Positions 41,056 through 51,275 of a stretch of 64,000 nt of DNA are shown piece after piece (the stretch's first letter is position 1; each line of letters opens with the position of its first letter). The notes under the pieces are model-generated. The model made no database searches. It was not told where the DNA came from and was given only the letters and a program-made list of their open reading frames with translations. This DNA is from an uncultured Gemmatimonadales bacterium (GTDB taxonomy: Bacteria > Gemmatimonadota > Gemmatimonadetes > Palauibacterales > Palauibacteraceae). Where the stretch lies: NCBI GenBank assembly GCA_963783385.1, contig CAWANJ010000009.1:320001-384000 (forward strand). Direction: 5' to 3'. The position numbers and the translations under genes are program-made.

Positions 41056-44000
41056 ATGGCATCCGGAGCATCCCCGCGCTGGCCCTTCCTGCGGCAGCTG
41101 CTCGGACGGTCCGACGGCACGGGCCCCGAAGCCATGTCGGCGCGGACGCGCGCCCTCAGGGCGCGGACGGAGGGGGCCTCCGTGGCGCGCTCGGTGTGCC
41201 CGTACTGTGGGGTCGGATGCGGACAGTTGGCCTACCACCGCGACGGTGAGCTCCTGTCCATCGAAGGCGACCCGGAGAGCCCCGTGAGCCAGGGGACGCT
41301 GTGCCCCAAGGGCTCCGCCTCCTACCAGCTCATGACCAACCCGTCCCGTCTGGAGCGCGTCCGATACCGGGCGCCCGGAGCCACGGAGTGGAGCGAGCTC
41401 GACCTGGAGACCGCCATGGACATGGTGGCCGACCGGGTGTGGGCGTCGCGGCATCGGACCTTCGTGGAGAGCACGGCCGGCCTCCCAGGCCACGATCCCT
41501 GCCGAACCGGCCCCGACGAAGCCTCCGAGCCTGTGAACCACACCACGGCCGTCGCGCACCTGGGCGGCGCCACCCTGGACAACGAAGAGAACTACCTGAT
41601 CAAGAAGCTGTTCACGGGCGGACTCGGCATGGTGGCCGTCTCCAACCAGGCCCGCATATGACACAGCAGCACGGTGCCCGGTCTGGGCACCTCGTTCGGT
41701 CGCGGCGGCGCCACGACGGCCCAGCAGGACCTCGCTAACGCCGACTGCGTCCTCATCCAGGGCTCGTCCATGGCCGAGGCCCACCCGGTGGGCTTCCGCT
41801 GGGTGATGAAGGCCAAGGAGCGCGGCGCGACGATCATCCACGTCGATCCGCGCTTCTCCCGCACCAGCGCCATGGCCGACCTGTGGGTGCCGATCCGTGC
41901 GGGGGGTGACCTGGCCTTCCTCGGCGGCCTCGTGCACCACATCCTGGAGAACGAGCTCTACTTCGAGCCCTACGTGCGTCACTTCACCAACGCCTCGGTG
42001 ATACTCAAGGAGTCCTTCCGGGACACCGAGGAGCTCGACGGCCTCTTCTCGGGCTGGGACGAGGAGACGAGGAGCTACGACACGTCGAGCTGGCGGTACG
42101 AGGGGGACGAGCTCGACCGGCCCCGCCGGGATCCCTCCCTTCAGCATCCGCGCTGCGTGTTCCAGGTCCTGAGGCGCCACTTCTCGCGCTACACCCCGGA
42201 GATGGTCGAGCGCGTGGCCGGCGTTCCGCCGGAGCTCTTCCAGCGGGTGGCCGACGCGCTGACGGCGGCATCGGGCCCCGAGAGGACGGCGGCGATCTGC
42301 TACGCGGTCGGCTGGACCCAGCACTCCAAAGGTGTCCAGATCATCCGCACCGCGGCGATCATGCAGCTCCTCCTGGGCAACATGGGCCGGCCCGGCGGCG
42401 GCATTCTCGCGCTCCGGGGACACGCCTCGATCCAGGGGTCCACCGACATTCCGACGCTGTACGACATCCTGCCCGGCTACCTGAAGATGCCGAAGGCGGG
42501 GCAGGGCGAGGCCACCCTGGAGGGCTACTACCGCAACAACCGTCGGCGGGGCGGTCTTTGGCACGGGACCCCAGCGTACACGGTGAGCCTGCTCAAGGCC
42601 TACTACGGCGAGCGGGCGACGGCGGAGAACGACTGGGGCTGGCGCTGGCTCCCGAGGGTCACCCGGAACCACTCCCACTTCTCCTACTGGCTCGAGATGG
42701 CCGACGGGGAGGTGGAGGGGTTGTTCATCATGGGACAGAACCCCTCCGTGGGCGCCCAGAACGCGCGACTCGAGCGCCGCGCCCTGGCGAAGCTCAAGTG
42801 GCTGGTCGTGCGGGACCTGGTGGAGATCGAGCCCGCCACGTTCTGGCGCTCGGACTCGCCCGAGGTGCGCCGGGGCGAGCTCGATCCGGAGGAGATCGCC
42901 ACCGAGGTGTTCCTGTTCCCGGCCGCGGGCCACGTGGAGAAGGAAGGCGCCTTCACCCAGACCCAGCGCATGCTCCAGTGGCGCCAGAAGGCCGTGGAGC
43001 CCCCGGGAGATGCCACCAGCGAGGCCTGGTTCATCCACCAGCTCGCCAGGCGGCTGATCGCGAAGGCACGCGAGAGCGACGACTCCCGTGACGAGCCGCT
43101 CCGGGCCCTGGACTGGTGGTACCCGGAGGACGCACACGGCGAACCTCTCATGGAGGCGGTGCTGGCCGAGATCAACGGTTGGTACGTCGACCCGGGGCGG
43201 GGCTCCGACGCCGACGGTGCCATTCGGGGCGAAGGCGAGGAGTCGGCCACGCCCGAGGAGGCGGCCCGCACCGGCCTGTCCGGTCTGGCGCGCCGGGGCG
43301 GCGGGCCGGCGGGGGCCGTCTACCGCTCGGATGCGGCCGGCCAACCCCACCACGGGGCGCAGCTCACCGGCATCCCCGCGCTGCGGGAGGACGGCTCGAC
43401 GGCGTGCGGCTGCTGGATCTACTCGGGCTGCTACGGACCCGATGGGGTGAATCGGGCGCTCAGGCGCGACCCGCACGGTCCGTACGGGCACGGGTGGGGC
43501 TTCGCCTGGCCGGACGACAGGCGCATCCTCTACAACCGGGCCAGCGCCGATCCGGAGGGCCGGCCCTGGAGCGAGCGCAAGAAGCTGGTCTGGTGGAACG
43601 AGGAGGAGGGCCGTTGGACGGGGCTCGACACGCCCGACTTTGCGAAGACGAAGCCGCCTTCCTACCGGCCGCCCGAGGACGCGACGGGGGTGGAGGCGCA
43701 TCGCGGAGACGCGCCCTTCATCCTCCACGATGACGGCCTGGCGTGGTTGTTCGTGCCCACGGGCCTGGCCGACGGGCCGCTGCCCACCTACTACGAGTCC
43801 CTCGAGTCGCCCGTGAAGAACCCGCTCTATGGCCGTCAGAACAACCCGGCGGTGGACTGGCTGCGGCGTCCGGACAACGAATACGCGGAGCTGGACGACC
43901 CACGCTTCCCGTACATCCTGACCACCTACAGACTCACCGAGCACCATACCGGAGGCGGCATGAGCCGCACGCTCTCCCACCTGAGCGAACTCCAGCCCGA

Positions 44001-44364
44001 GCTGTTCGTGGAGATGTCGCCGGAGCTGGCCGGCCAGCTGGGGATCGAGAACGGCGAGTGGGTCACGGTGGCCAGCCTCCGCGGGGCGGTGGAGGCGCGG
44101 GCCCTGCCCACCCGCCGCATCCGGCCGCTCCGGGTCGACGGCCGCACCGTCCACCAGGTGGCGATGCCATTCCACTGGGGCCCCATGGGACCCGTGACGG
44201 GTGACATCACCAACGACCTCGTGCCGATGTCCGAAGAGCCCAACGTGTCCATCCACGAGGGCAAGGTCGTGTTGTGCACGGTCCGGAAGGGACGGAGACC
44301 ACCCGACGGCGAGTTCGACGCCTGGATGGAGGCGCTGCGCGAGGGTAGGGGGGGCACCTCATGA
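41056..44364 (+). CDS. fdhA: Selenocysteine-containing formate dehydrogenase alpha subunit (Mo/W-bisPGD), Sec at UGA 41659-41661
   Basis: CPYCGVGC...LCPKG 4Fe-4S; NQARI-UGA-HSSTV active site joins ORFs 40930..41661 and 41674..44364 in frame; RGHASIQG, RLTEHH. Confidence 0.93.
41673..41691 (+). promoter_or_regulatory. Bacterial SECIS element
   Basis: GGTGCCC-GGTCT-GGGCACC hairpin starting 11 nt after the in-frame TGA. Confidence 0.85.
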
Positions 44365-45230
44365 GCATCGGCCAGGGAAGCGAGAGCCCCAACCAGGCCC
44401 CGCACGACTACCTCGCCGAGGGACGGGTGGTCGGCTTCTTCACGGACCCGACCGTGTGCATCGGGTGCAAGGCCTGCGAGGTGGCCTGCAAGGAGTGGAA
44501 CCTCGTCCCCGACGACGGCTACGCCTGGTCGGGGCACTCCTACGACAACTCGGGCGAGCTCGGGGCCTCGACGTGGCGGCACGTGAAGTTCCTCGAGCAG
44601 AATCTGCCGGCCGGGAGCCAGGTGGCCGGGCCGATGACGGTGGACCCCGAGGGCGAAGATCCCTTCCGGTGGCTGTTCGTGTCGGACGTGTGCAAGCACT
44701 GCGAGGAGGCGGGTTGCCTGGAGGCGTGCCCGACCGGCTCGATCGTCCGCACCGCCAACGGAGCCGTGTTCGTTCAAGACGACGTGTGCAACGGCTGTGG
44801 CGCCTGCGTGGTGGGCTGTCCGTTCGGGGTCATCGACCGGCGTCCCGAGCCCCTGCCCGGCGCCGGCGGGGCCTTCAAGTGCACCTTCTGCTACGACCGT
44901 CAGGCGGTCGGCCTGACGCCGGCCTGTGCCAAGGCGTGTCCCACGGAGTCGATCCAGTTCGGACCTCTGGACGAGCTCAAGGAACGCGCTGCCGTCCGGG
45001 TCCACGAGCTGCGGGAGTCCGGCTTCGCCGATGCGCGGATCTACGACGCCGCGGACACCTCCGTTCGGGGCGCGCACGCCTTCTTCCTCCTGCTCGGCGC
45101 CCCCGAAGCGTACGGGCTGCCGCCGAGTCCGGAGGTCCCCACCATCCACCTCGGGCCGGCGTGGGCGTCGGCCCTCACCACGGCGGTGATGGCCATGCTG
45201 ATCGCCGTCGTCGCGTTCGCGTTGTGGTGA
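44361..45230 (+). CDS. Formate dehydrogenase Fe-S beta subunit with C-terminal TM
   Basis: CIGCKACEVAC, CKHC..AGCLEACP, CNGCGACVVGCP, KCTFC..R. Confidence 0.9.
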   Translation: MSIGQGSESPNQAPHDYLAEGRVVGFFTDPTVCIGCKACEVACKEWNLVPDDGYAWSGHSYDNSGELGASTWRHVKFLEQNLPAGSQVAGPMTVDPEGEDPFRWLFVSDVCKHCEEAGCLEACPTGSIVRTANGAVFVQDDVCNGCGACVVGCPFGVIDRRPEPLPGAGGAFKCTFCYDRQAVGLTPACAKACPTESIQFGPLDELKERAAVRVHELRESGFADARIYDAADTSVRGAHAFFLLLGAPEAYGLPPSPEVPTIHLGPAWASALTTAVMAMLIAVVAFALW

Positions 45231-46279
45231 TGGCGGGCGCCGGAGGCGGACCGGGCACGCCCGGAGGAGCGCAGGAGGACCGGGAACGGCGGCTGGCCGA
45301 GCTGCGCGAGGAGGCGCGTCGCACGGGAACCGTGTCCGCACGCGGGGTGGACGTGGAGGGCGGTCCGCTGCCGGCCGGAGCGAGACCGGCGCAGGCTCCG
45401 GAGGAGCCCGGCTACTACGGGCAGCCGGTCGTCAAGGCCCCGGTGTGGACGTGGGAGATCCCGACCTACTTCTTCGTGGGTGGCCTGGCGGGCATGTCGG
45501 GCGTGATCGCAGCGGCAGCCCGCTTCATCGCGGGCAATGTGGCGGTCGCGGTCGCGGCCCTGTGGATCGCCGCCGTCGGGAGCCTCGTCTCGGCGCTGCT
45601 GCTCATCAGCGACCTCGGACGCTCCTCGCGCTTCCTGAACATGCTGCGCGTGTTCAAGCGTCGCTCACCGATGTCGGTGGGGGCGTGGACGCTTGCGCTG
45701 TTCGGGGGATCCTCGGTCATCGCGCTGGTGCTCGCTTCGGCCCAGCGCCACTTGCTGGCGACGGGCGGAGGCTCGGGGGCGCTGGCGGTTCTGGTCACGA
45801 TGTCCTCGCTCACCACGGCCGTCCTCGGCTCCGTGCTGGGGACCTACACGGGCGTGCTCATCGGGGCCACGGCCATCCCCGCCTGGCATCGCCACCGGAT
45901 CCTTCTGCCGGCGCACTTCGGCATCGCCGGGCTCGGCTCCTCGGCTGCCCTCCTTCAGCTCCTGGGCTTCCACCGGCCCGCACTGCTCGCCATCGCGCTG
46001 GCCGCTTCGGGCGCCGAGTGCCTGATCGGGACCACGGTGGAGCTGGTACGCCACGGTGACGCCGACCGCGCGCTACGGACGGGAGGGTCGGGAGCGCTGC
46101 TCAGGCTGGGCGGTTTGCTGGCAGGACCGGCGGCTTTCGTGTTATGGTTGATAGGCATAATCCCCGTCGGGGCGGTGGCCTTTCTCCTCGGCGCGCTGGT
46201 GAGCCGCTTCGGGTGGTTGGCGGCGGGCCGGGCGTCGGCACGCGATCCGCGGGCGACGTTCGCAGCCCAACGAGGATGA
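45230..46279 (+). CDS. NrfD/PsrC family membrane anchor subunit
   Basis: YYGQPVVKAPVWTWEIPTYFFVGG, DLGR..RFLNMLR, SPMSVGAW, YTGVL. Confidence 0.88.
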   Translation: MAGAGGGPGTPGGAQEDRERRLAELREEARRTGTVSARGVDVEGGPLPAGARPAQAPEEPGYYGQPVVKAPVWTWEIPTYFFVGGLAGMSGVIAAAARFIAGNVAVAVAALWIAAVGSLVSALLLISDLGRSSRFLNMLRVFKRRSPMSVGAWTLALFGGSSVIALVLASAQRHLLATGGGSGALAVLVTMSSLTTAVLGSVLGTYTGVLIGATAIPAWHRHRILLPAHFGIAGLGSSAALLQLLGFHRPALLAIALAASGAECLIGTTVELVRHGDADRALRTGGSGALLRLGGLLAGPAAFVLWLIGIIPVGAVAFLLGALVSRFGWLAAGRASARDPRATFAAQRG

Positions 46280-46877
46280 TCTCGGCCGTCGGTGCTCGTT
46301 GCGCCAGCCCTCTCGGGACGCCCGGCGGGGTGGAGAGAGTCAGGGGCGGGACTCGGAACGCATAGGCGGCCTGAGTCTTGCGGCGCCTTCGAGGCGATTA
46401 CGAGAGCGGGGGCCCGGTCGGTGGGCGTCCAGTGGAAGCCTGCCCCACGGCCGCCGCGGAGAGGTTTGCGCGTGCGGTCGGGTCCACCGGACGAGTTCCG
46501 GGCCGACCGGGAGGGAGGTCAGGTACCATGCCGGAACCGGCCGTCCGAAGGTCCCCGACCGGGAGCCATTGGCCCGGAGAGGGATGGGACGGCCTTCCGT
46601 CATGGCCTTTCCCGGGCCGTGAACCCCGTCGGCGGGCCTGGCGGCGGCCACCGCGCGCGACCTGTTCCCGATCCGATCCGGCCCCTCCCGGTTTCTTCTT
46701 CGCTCGTTCTCCGTCGTTCGCTCCGACCCCGTTGATCCCCAATGTCCCCGAGGTGCGCACGGCCGCCGGCTCCACGTGCGGGTGGTCGGCGCGTCACAGG
46801 CCATCCGGTGCGCGCCGCGGCGCGCGCCCCCGACGTCGGACGGCTTCGACCCTATCCCAGCACCCGAGGAGGTAGCG

Positions 46878-48872
46878 ATGCCGACACAGCAATCAGCCAC
46901 CATCGAGGCGAGACTCTCCGAGCAGAAGTCCTTTCCGCCGCCGGAGAGCTTCGTCGAGCAGGCCAACATGAAGGACCCGGGCATCTACGAGCGCTTCGAG
47001 AACTTCCCGGATGGGTTCGTCGAGTACGCGGAGATGCTGGACTGGGACGAGCGCTGGGACAGGGTGCTCGATGCCAGCGATCCGCCTTTCTACCAGTGGT
47101 TCGTGGGCGGCAAGCTTAACGTCTCCAAGAACTGCATCGATCGGCACCTGGACACGCGCGGCGACAAGATCGCCCTCCTGTGGGAGGGCGAGGACGGCGA
47201 GGTCCAGCGCATCACCTACCGGGAGCTGTACAAGCGGGTGAACGAGTTCGCGGCCGGCCTGCGCGCGTTAGGGGTCGAGGAAGGCGACATCGTCACCATG
47301 CACATGCCGATGGTGCCCGAACTGCCGATCGCCATGCTCGCCTGCGCCCGGATCGGGGCACCGCACAGCGTGGTGTTCGGCGGATTCTCGGCCAAGGCGC
47401 TGGCGACCCGGATCGACGACGCGGGGAGTCGGTTCCTCGTGACCATCGACGGCTACTACCGCCGCGGCGAGCTCCTTGATCACAAGTCCAAGGCGGACGC
47501 GGCCCTCTCGATGGTCGATCAGGAGGTCGAGAAGGTGATCGTCTGCACCCGCCACGAGGGGCTCCGAGAAGGCACCGAGCTCGTGGAGGGACGCGATGTC
47601 CTCCTTTCGGACCTGCTCGCGGAGCACCGGGGGGAGACGGTAGAGCCCGTGCCCCGGGACGCCGAGGACATCCTGTTCATCATGTACACCTCGGGCACCA
47701 CGGGCTCGCCCAAGGGGGCCCAGCACCGCACGGGCGGCTACCTGGCCTACGTGACCGGCACGTCGAAGTACGTGCTCGACATCAAGCCGGACGACACCTA
47801 CTGGTGCAACGCGGACATCGGCTGGATCACCGGGCACTCCTACATCGTCTACGGTCCGCTCGCCCTCGGCACCACCTCGGTCATGTACGAGGGGGCGCCC
47901 GACTATCCGGACAAGGACCGTATCTGGGAGATCGCCGAGAAGTACGACGTCGACATCTACCACACGTCGCCGACGGCCGTGCGCATGTTCATGAAGTGGG
48001 GGAGGGAGTATCCGGACAAGCACGACTTCCACTTCCGCCACATGACCACGGTCGGCGAACCGATCCAGCCGATGGCGTGGATGTGGTACTACGAGGTCAT
48101 CGGCCACGAGGAAGCGGTCATCGTGGACACGTGGTGGCAGACGGAGACGGGCGGCCACTTGATCAGCAACCTCCCCGCCCTCCAGGACATGCGGCCCGGC
48201 CACGCCGGGAAGCCGCTGCCGGGGATCGGGGCCAAGCTGCTGGACGACAACCGAGAGGAGATCGGCGCGGGAGCGTCCAAGGCCGGTAACCTGGTCATCA
48301 CGCGGCCGTGGCCCGGGATGCTGCAGACCCTGTACAACGACGACGAGCGGTTCATCAAGGAGTACTGGGAGACCTTCTCCGACACGAGCAGCAAGGACTG
48401 GCACGACTGGGTGTACCGGGCCGGGGATGGGGCCTTCGTTTCGAAGGACGGCTACTTCCGCATTCTGGGACGGCTCGACAATGTCATGAACGTGGCCGGT
48501 CACCGGCTCGGGACCATGGAGCTGGAGAGCGCGGTCTCGCAGGTCGAGGAGGTCGCCGAGGCGGCCGTGGCCGGACGCCAGGACGCCCAGAAGGGCACGG
48601 TGCCGGACGTGTACGTGATCCTTCGCGAGGGCGTCAATGCCAGCGACGCCGTGCGTGGCAAGATCGTCCGCGCGGTCGAGGAGGAGATCGGGAAGTTCGC
48701 CCGGCCGGCCAACGTGCTGTTCGTGGACGACCTGCCCAAGACCCGCTCCGGGAAGATCATGAGGAGACTCCTCGAGAACATCTCCAACGACGAGAAGCTC
48801 GGGGACACCACCACGCTCCGCGATCCGAGCGTGCCCGAGCGCATCCGCGAACAGGTGGGACGCAAGTCGTGA
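46878..48872 (+). CDS. acs: Acetate--CoA ligase (AMP-forming)
   Basis: YTSGTTGSPKG, ADIGWITGHSY, DTWWQTETG, PKTRSGKIMRR; GGAGG RBS. Confidence 0.95.
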   Translation: MPTQQSATIEARLSEQKSFPPPESFVEQANMKDPGIYERFENFPDGFVEYAEMLDWDERWDRVLDASDPPFYQWFVGGKLNVSKNCIDRHLDTRGDKIALLWEGEDGEVQRITYRELYKRVNEFAAGLRALGVEEGDIVTMHMPMVPELPIAMLACARIGAPHSVVFGGFSAKALATRIDDAGSRFLVTIDGYYRRGELLDHKSKADAALSMVDQEVEKVIVCTRHEGLREGTELVEGRDVLLSDLLAEHRGETVEPVPRDAEDILFIMYTSGTTGSPKGAQHRTGGYLAYVTGTSKYVLDIKPDDTYWCNADIGWITGHSYIVYGPLALGTTSVMYEGAPDYPDKDRIWEIAEKYDVDIYHTSPTAVRMFMKWGREYPDKHDFHFRHMTTVGEPIQPMAWMWYYEVIGHEEAVIVDTWWQTETGGHLISNLPALQDMRPGHAGKPLPGIGAKLLDDNREEIGAGASKAGNLVITRPWPGMLQTLYNDDERFIKEYWETFSDTSSKDWHDWVYRAGDGAFVSKDGYFRILGRLDNVMNVAGHRLGTMELESAVSQVEEVAEAAVAGRQDAQKGTVPDVYVILREGVNASDAVRGKIVRAVEEEIGKFARPANVLFVDDLPKTRSGKIMRRLLENISNDEKLGDTTTLRDPSVPERIREQVGRKS

Positions 48873-49052
48873 ACTGACGGGCCGCGGGCCGCGCGCTTCC
48901 GGCGTCTCCCCCTCGGGGTGAGCACGGGAGGCCTCCACGGACCCACGACCATCCGGACCGGAGGGCGGAGCGCGTCGCGCTCCGCCCGACCGGGGGCGCG
49001 GACACGCGCGCTCGGGTCGAGGAAGACGGGACCTCTACAGGGAGGAAAGCCC

Positions 49053-49649
49053 ATGCCTGCACAGACCGACAAGGCGAACCCGGCCCCACTGGGCCTGGTC
49101 GGGTTCGGACTCACCACGGTGCTCCTCAGCATGATCAACGCGCACTGGATCGGCGGAGAGGGGGTGGTGGTTCCCCTGGCGATCGCCTACGGAGGCACGA
49201 TTCAGCTCTTCGCGGGCATCCTGGAGTACGGCAGGGGCAACACCTTCGGGCTGACAGCCTTCACCAGCTACGGGGCGTTCTGGTGGTGGTGGGCGCTGCT
49301 TCACGTCTTCTCCGCCACGGGCTGGATCTCGCTCGAGGGCGCCGCCCCCACCATCGGCTGGGCCCTCATTCTCTGGGGCATTTTCACCACCTACATGTGG
49401 GTCGGCACCTTCGCCCTGAACTGGGCGCTGTGGTGGGTGTTCCTCACGCTGTCCGTGACCTTCTATCTGCTGGGTCTGGGGGAGCTTCTGGGCGCGGCGC
49501 GCCTGGGCACCCTGGGTGGATACCTCGGAATCGTCACCGGACTCCTGGCCATGTACACGAGCTTCGGCGAGGTCGTCAACTGGTGCTTCGACGGGAGCGT
49601 GCTTCCGCTGGGAGGTCGACCGGCGGGCCGTTCCTCGATGGCGGGCTAG
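49053..49649 (+). CDS. satP: Acetate uptake transporter, GPR1/FUN34/YaaH (SatP) family
   Basis: N-terminal ANPAPLGL signature, GNTFG, SYGAFW. Confidence 0.88.
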   Translation: MPAQTDKANPAPLGLVGFGLTTVLLSMINAHWIGGEGVVVPLAIAYGGTIQLFAGILEYGRGNTFGLTAFTSYGAFWWWWALLHVFSATGWISLEGAAPTIGWALILWGIFTTYMWVGTFALNWALWWVFLTLSVTFYLLGLGELLGAARLGTLGGYLGIVTGLLAMYTSFGEVVNWCFDGSVLPLGGRPAGRSSMAG

Positions 49650-49752
49650 ACGATCGGACGGACCGATCGATCGGGGCGTGGGCCCCGGCCGTCCGGGGCC
49701 CCGCTCGACTTCACGTTCACAGACGGATGGGAACGACGAAGGAGCAGTAGTC

Positions 49753-50967
49753 ATGTTGAGGAAGGGAGTCATAGGACTGATCGCGGCCGTGGGATTGTGC
49801 CTTGGCGGCATGGTTCCCCTGCAGGCGCAGCAGGTCACGGTCGGCAAGGGTGACACCCTGTCGATCCACGGGTTCATCAGCGGTACGTGGTTCTGGGACC
49901 GCAACCAGTTCGGAGGGTTCGGCCAGGGGCAGAGCGCCGAGTGGGCCGCGGCCCCGGGCGCTTCGTTCCAGGCCGACAAGTGGTTCTCGGACGCAGAGGT
50001 CTCCAACACCCGGCTAACGCTGGCTTTCGCGGGACCGCACGTCAGCGAGAACTGGCGAGTGAAGGCCGAGATCGAGGCTGATTTCTTCGGTGGTGCGGGG
50101 GCCCCCCCCTTCGGCGATGAGCAGCCCCATCCGCGACTGCGGCTCGGATTCGCCGACATCACCAACGGCAGGACCACCATTCGCATCGGACAGTTCTGGT
50201 CGCCGCTATTCGGCGAGTATCCCCAGTCGCTGTCCCACATCGCCTTCCCCATGGGCTACGGCTCGGCCGGGTTCGTAGGCTGGCGGTTCCCCGGGGTCTT
50301 CCTCTACCAGGACCTGAGCCCGGCGGGCTCGAGCACCAAGGCTCAGCTTCAGCTGGCCGCCATGAAGGGCTCGGGACCGGCCGTGGGACCGTCCGGCATC
50401 GGCAACGGCGAGGCGTCGGCGATTCCGCAGTTCGAGGCCCGTCTCAACGTGGGCGGGAAGGCCGGGGGCGTCGGCTGGCACTGGTACGCCGCCGGGCACG
50501 TGGACAAGAAGGACCTGAGCGGAGCCGGCGACACGACCACCGTGGGCACCGACACCACCGGGACCACCGGCTGGGCCGTGGAGACGGGCGGCGGCATCGA
50601 GCCGGGGCCGTTCGTGCTACACGGCAACTTCTACTACGGCCAGGCGATCGGCCAGCAGTTCGGGGCCATCACCCAGTTCGGCGACATTCGGAGCTGGGGG
50701 GCGTGGGGCCAGATCGGATACAAGGTGCCCGCGACGGGCTGGAGCCTGTGGGGCTACTACGGGATCGACAATCCCGATGAGACGCGGTACTTCGAGGCCA
50801 CGGGACAGAACCTGACCCGGCTCAAGAACCAGATCGCGTCCTTCATGATCCGGTACGAGACGGGTCCCTACGCGATCGGCGTGGAGTGGTTCAAGGCCTT
50901 CACGGACTATCAGACCGCACAGACGAAGGCCGATCAGATCGCGCTCAGCGTCAAGTACAACATCTAG
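49753..50967 (+). CDS. Outer-membrane beta-barrel porin (DcaP-like)
   Basis: Signal peptide, EIEADFFG, PRLRL, IGQFWSP, alternating beta strands; ends VKYNI. Confidence 0.7.
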   Translation: MLRKGVIGLIAAVGLCLGGMVPLQAQQVTVGKGDTLSIHGFISGTWFWDRNQFGGFGQGQSAEWAAAPGASFQADKWFSDAEVSNTRLTLAFAGPHVSENWRVKAEIEADFFGGAGAPPFGDEQPHPRLRLGFADITNGRTTIRIGQFWSPLFGEYPQSLSHIAFPMGYGSAGFVGWRFPGVFLYQDLSPAGSSTKAQLQLAAMKGSGPAVGPSGIGNGEASAIPQFEARLNVGGKAGGVGWHWYAAGHVDKKDLSGAGDTTTVGTDTTGTTGWAVETGGGIEPGPFVLHGNFYYGQAIGQQFGAITQFGDIRSWGAWGQIGYKVPATGWSLWGYYGIDNPDETRYFEATGQNLTRLKNQIASFMIRYETGPYAIGVEWFKAFTDYQTAQTKADQIALSVKYNI

Positions 50968-50999
50968 CACCGGGGCTCACCCGGAGTCCCGCGCCGGCG

Positions 51000-51043
51000 A
51001 CGGGCGGCGGGCCGGGCCCCTGGGGGGCCGGTCCGCCGCCCGT
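51000..51043. terminator. GC-rich hairpin between convergent porin and hisIE
   Basis: ACGGGCGGCGGGCCGG...CCGGTCCGCCGCCCGT inverted repeat. Confidence 0.5.
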
Positions 51044-51275
51044 TCCGCATCGGGCCGCGCTCAGGGGCGCCAGCGGCCCGCCCGGCTGCCGCCGGCGAGG
51101 GCGCGGCGGACGACCTCGCCGAAGCCCGAACCGAACCGCGCCTCCGCCGTTCCGAGGGTACCGAAGCGCTCCTGGCGCCGCTCCTCGCCCGCACTCGTGC
51201 CCCGGGTGACCAGGGTCTCCACCTCTCCCGCGCGCGTGACCCTCCAGGCCACCCAGGACACGGTCCCCGCGGGGC

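Noticed and set aside
41659-41661. FDH as a nonsense pseudogene or two separate genes
   Set aside because: UGA is at the conserved Sec/Cys ligand with a SECIS hairpin, and selA is present
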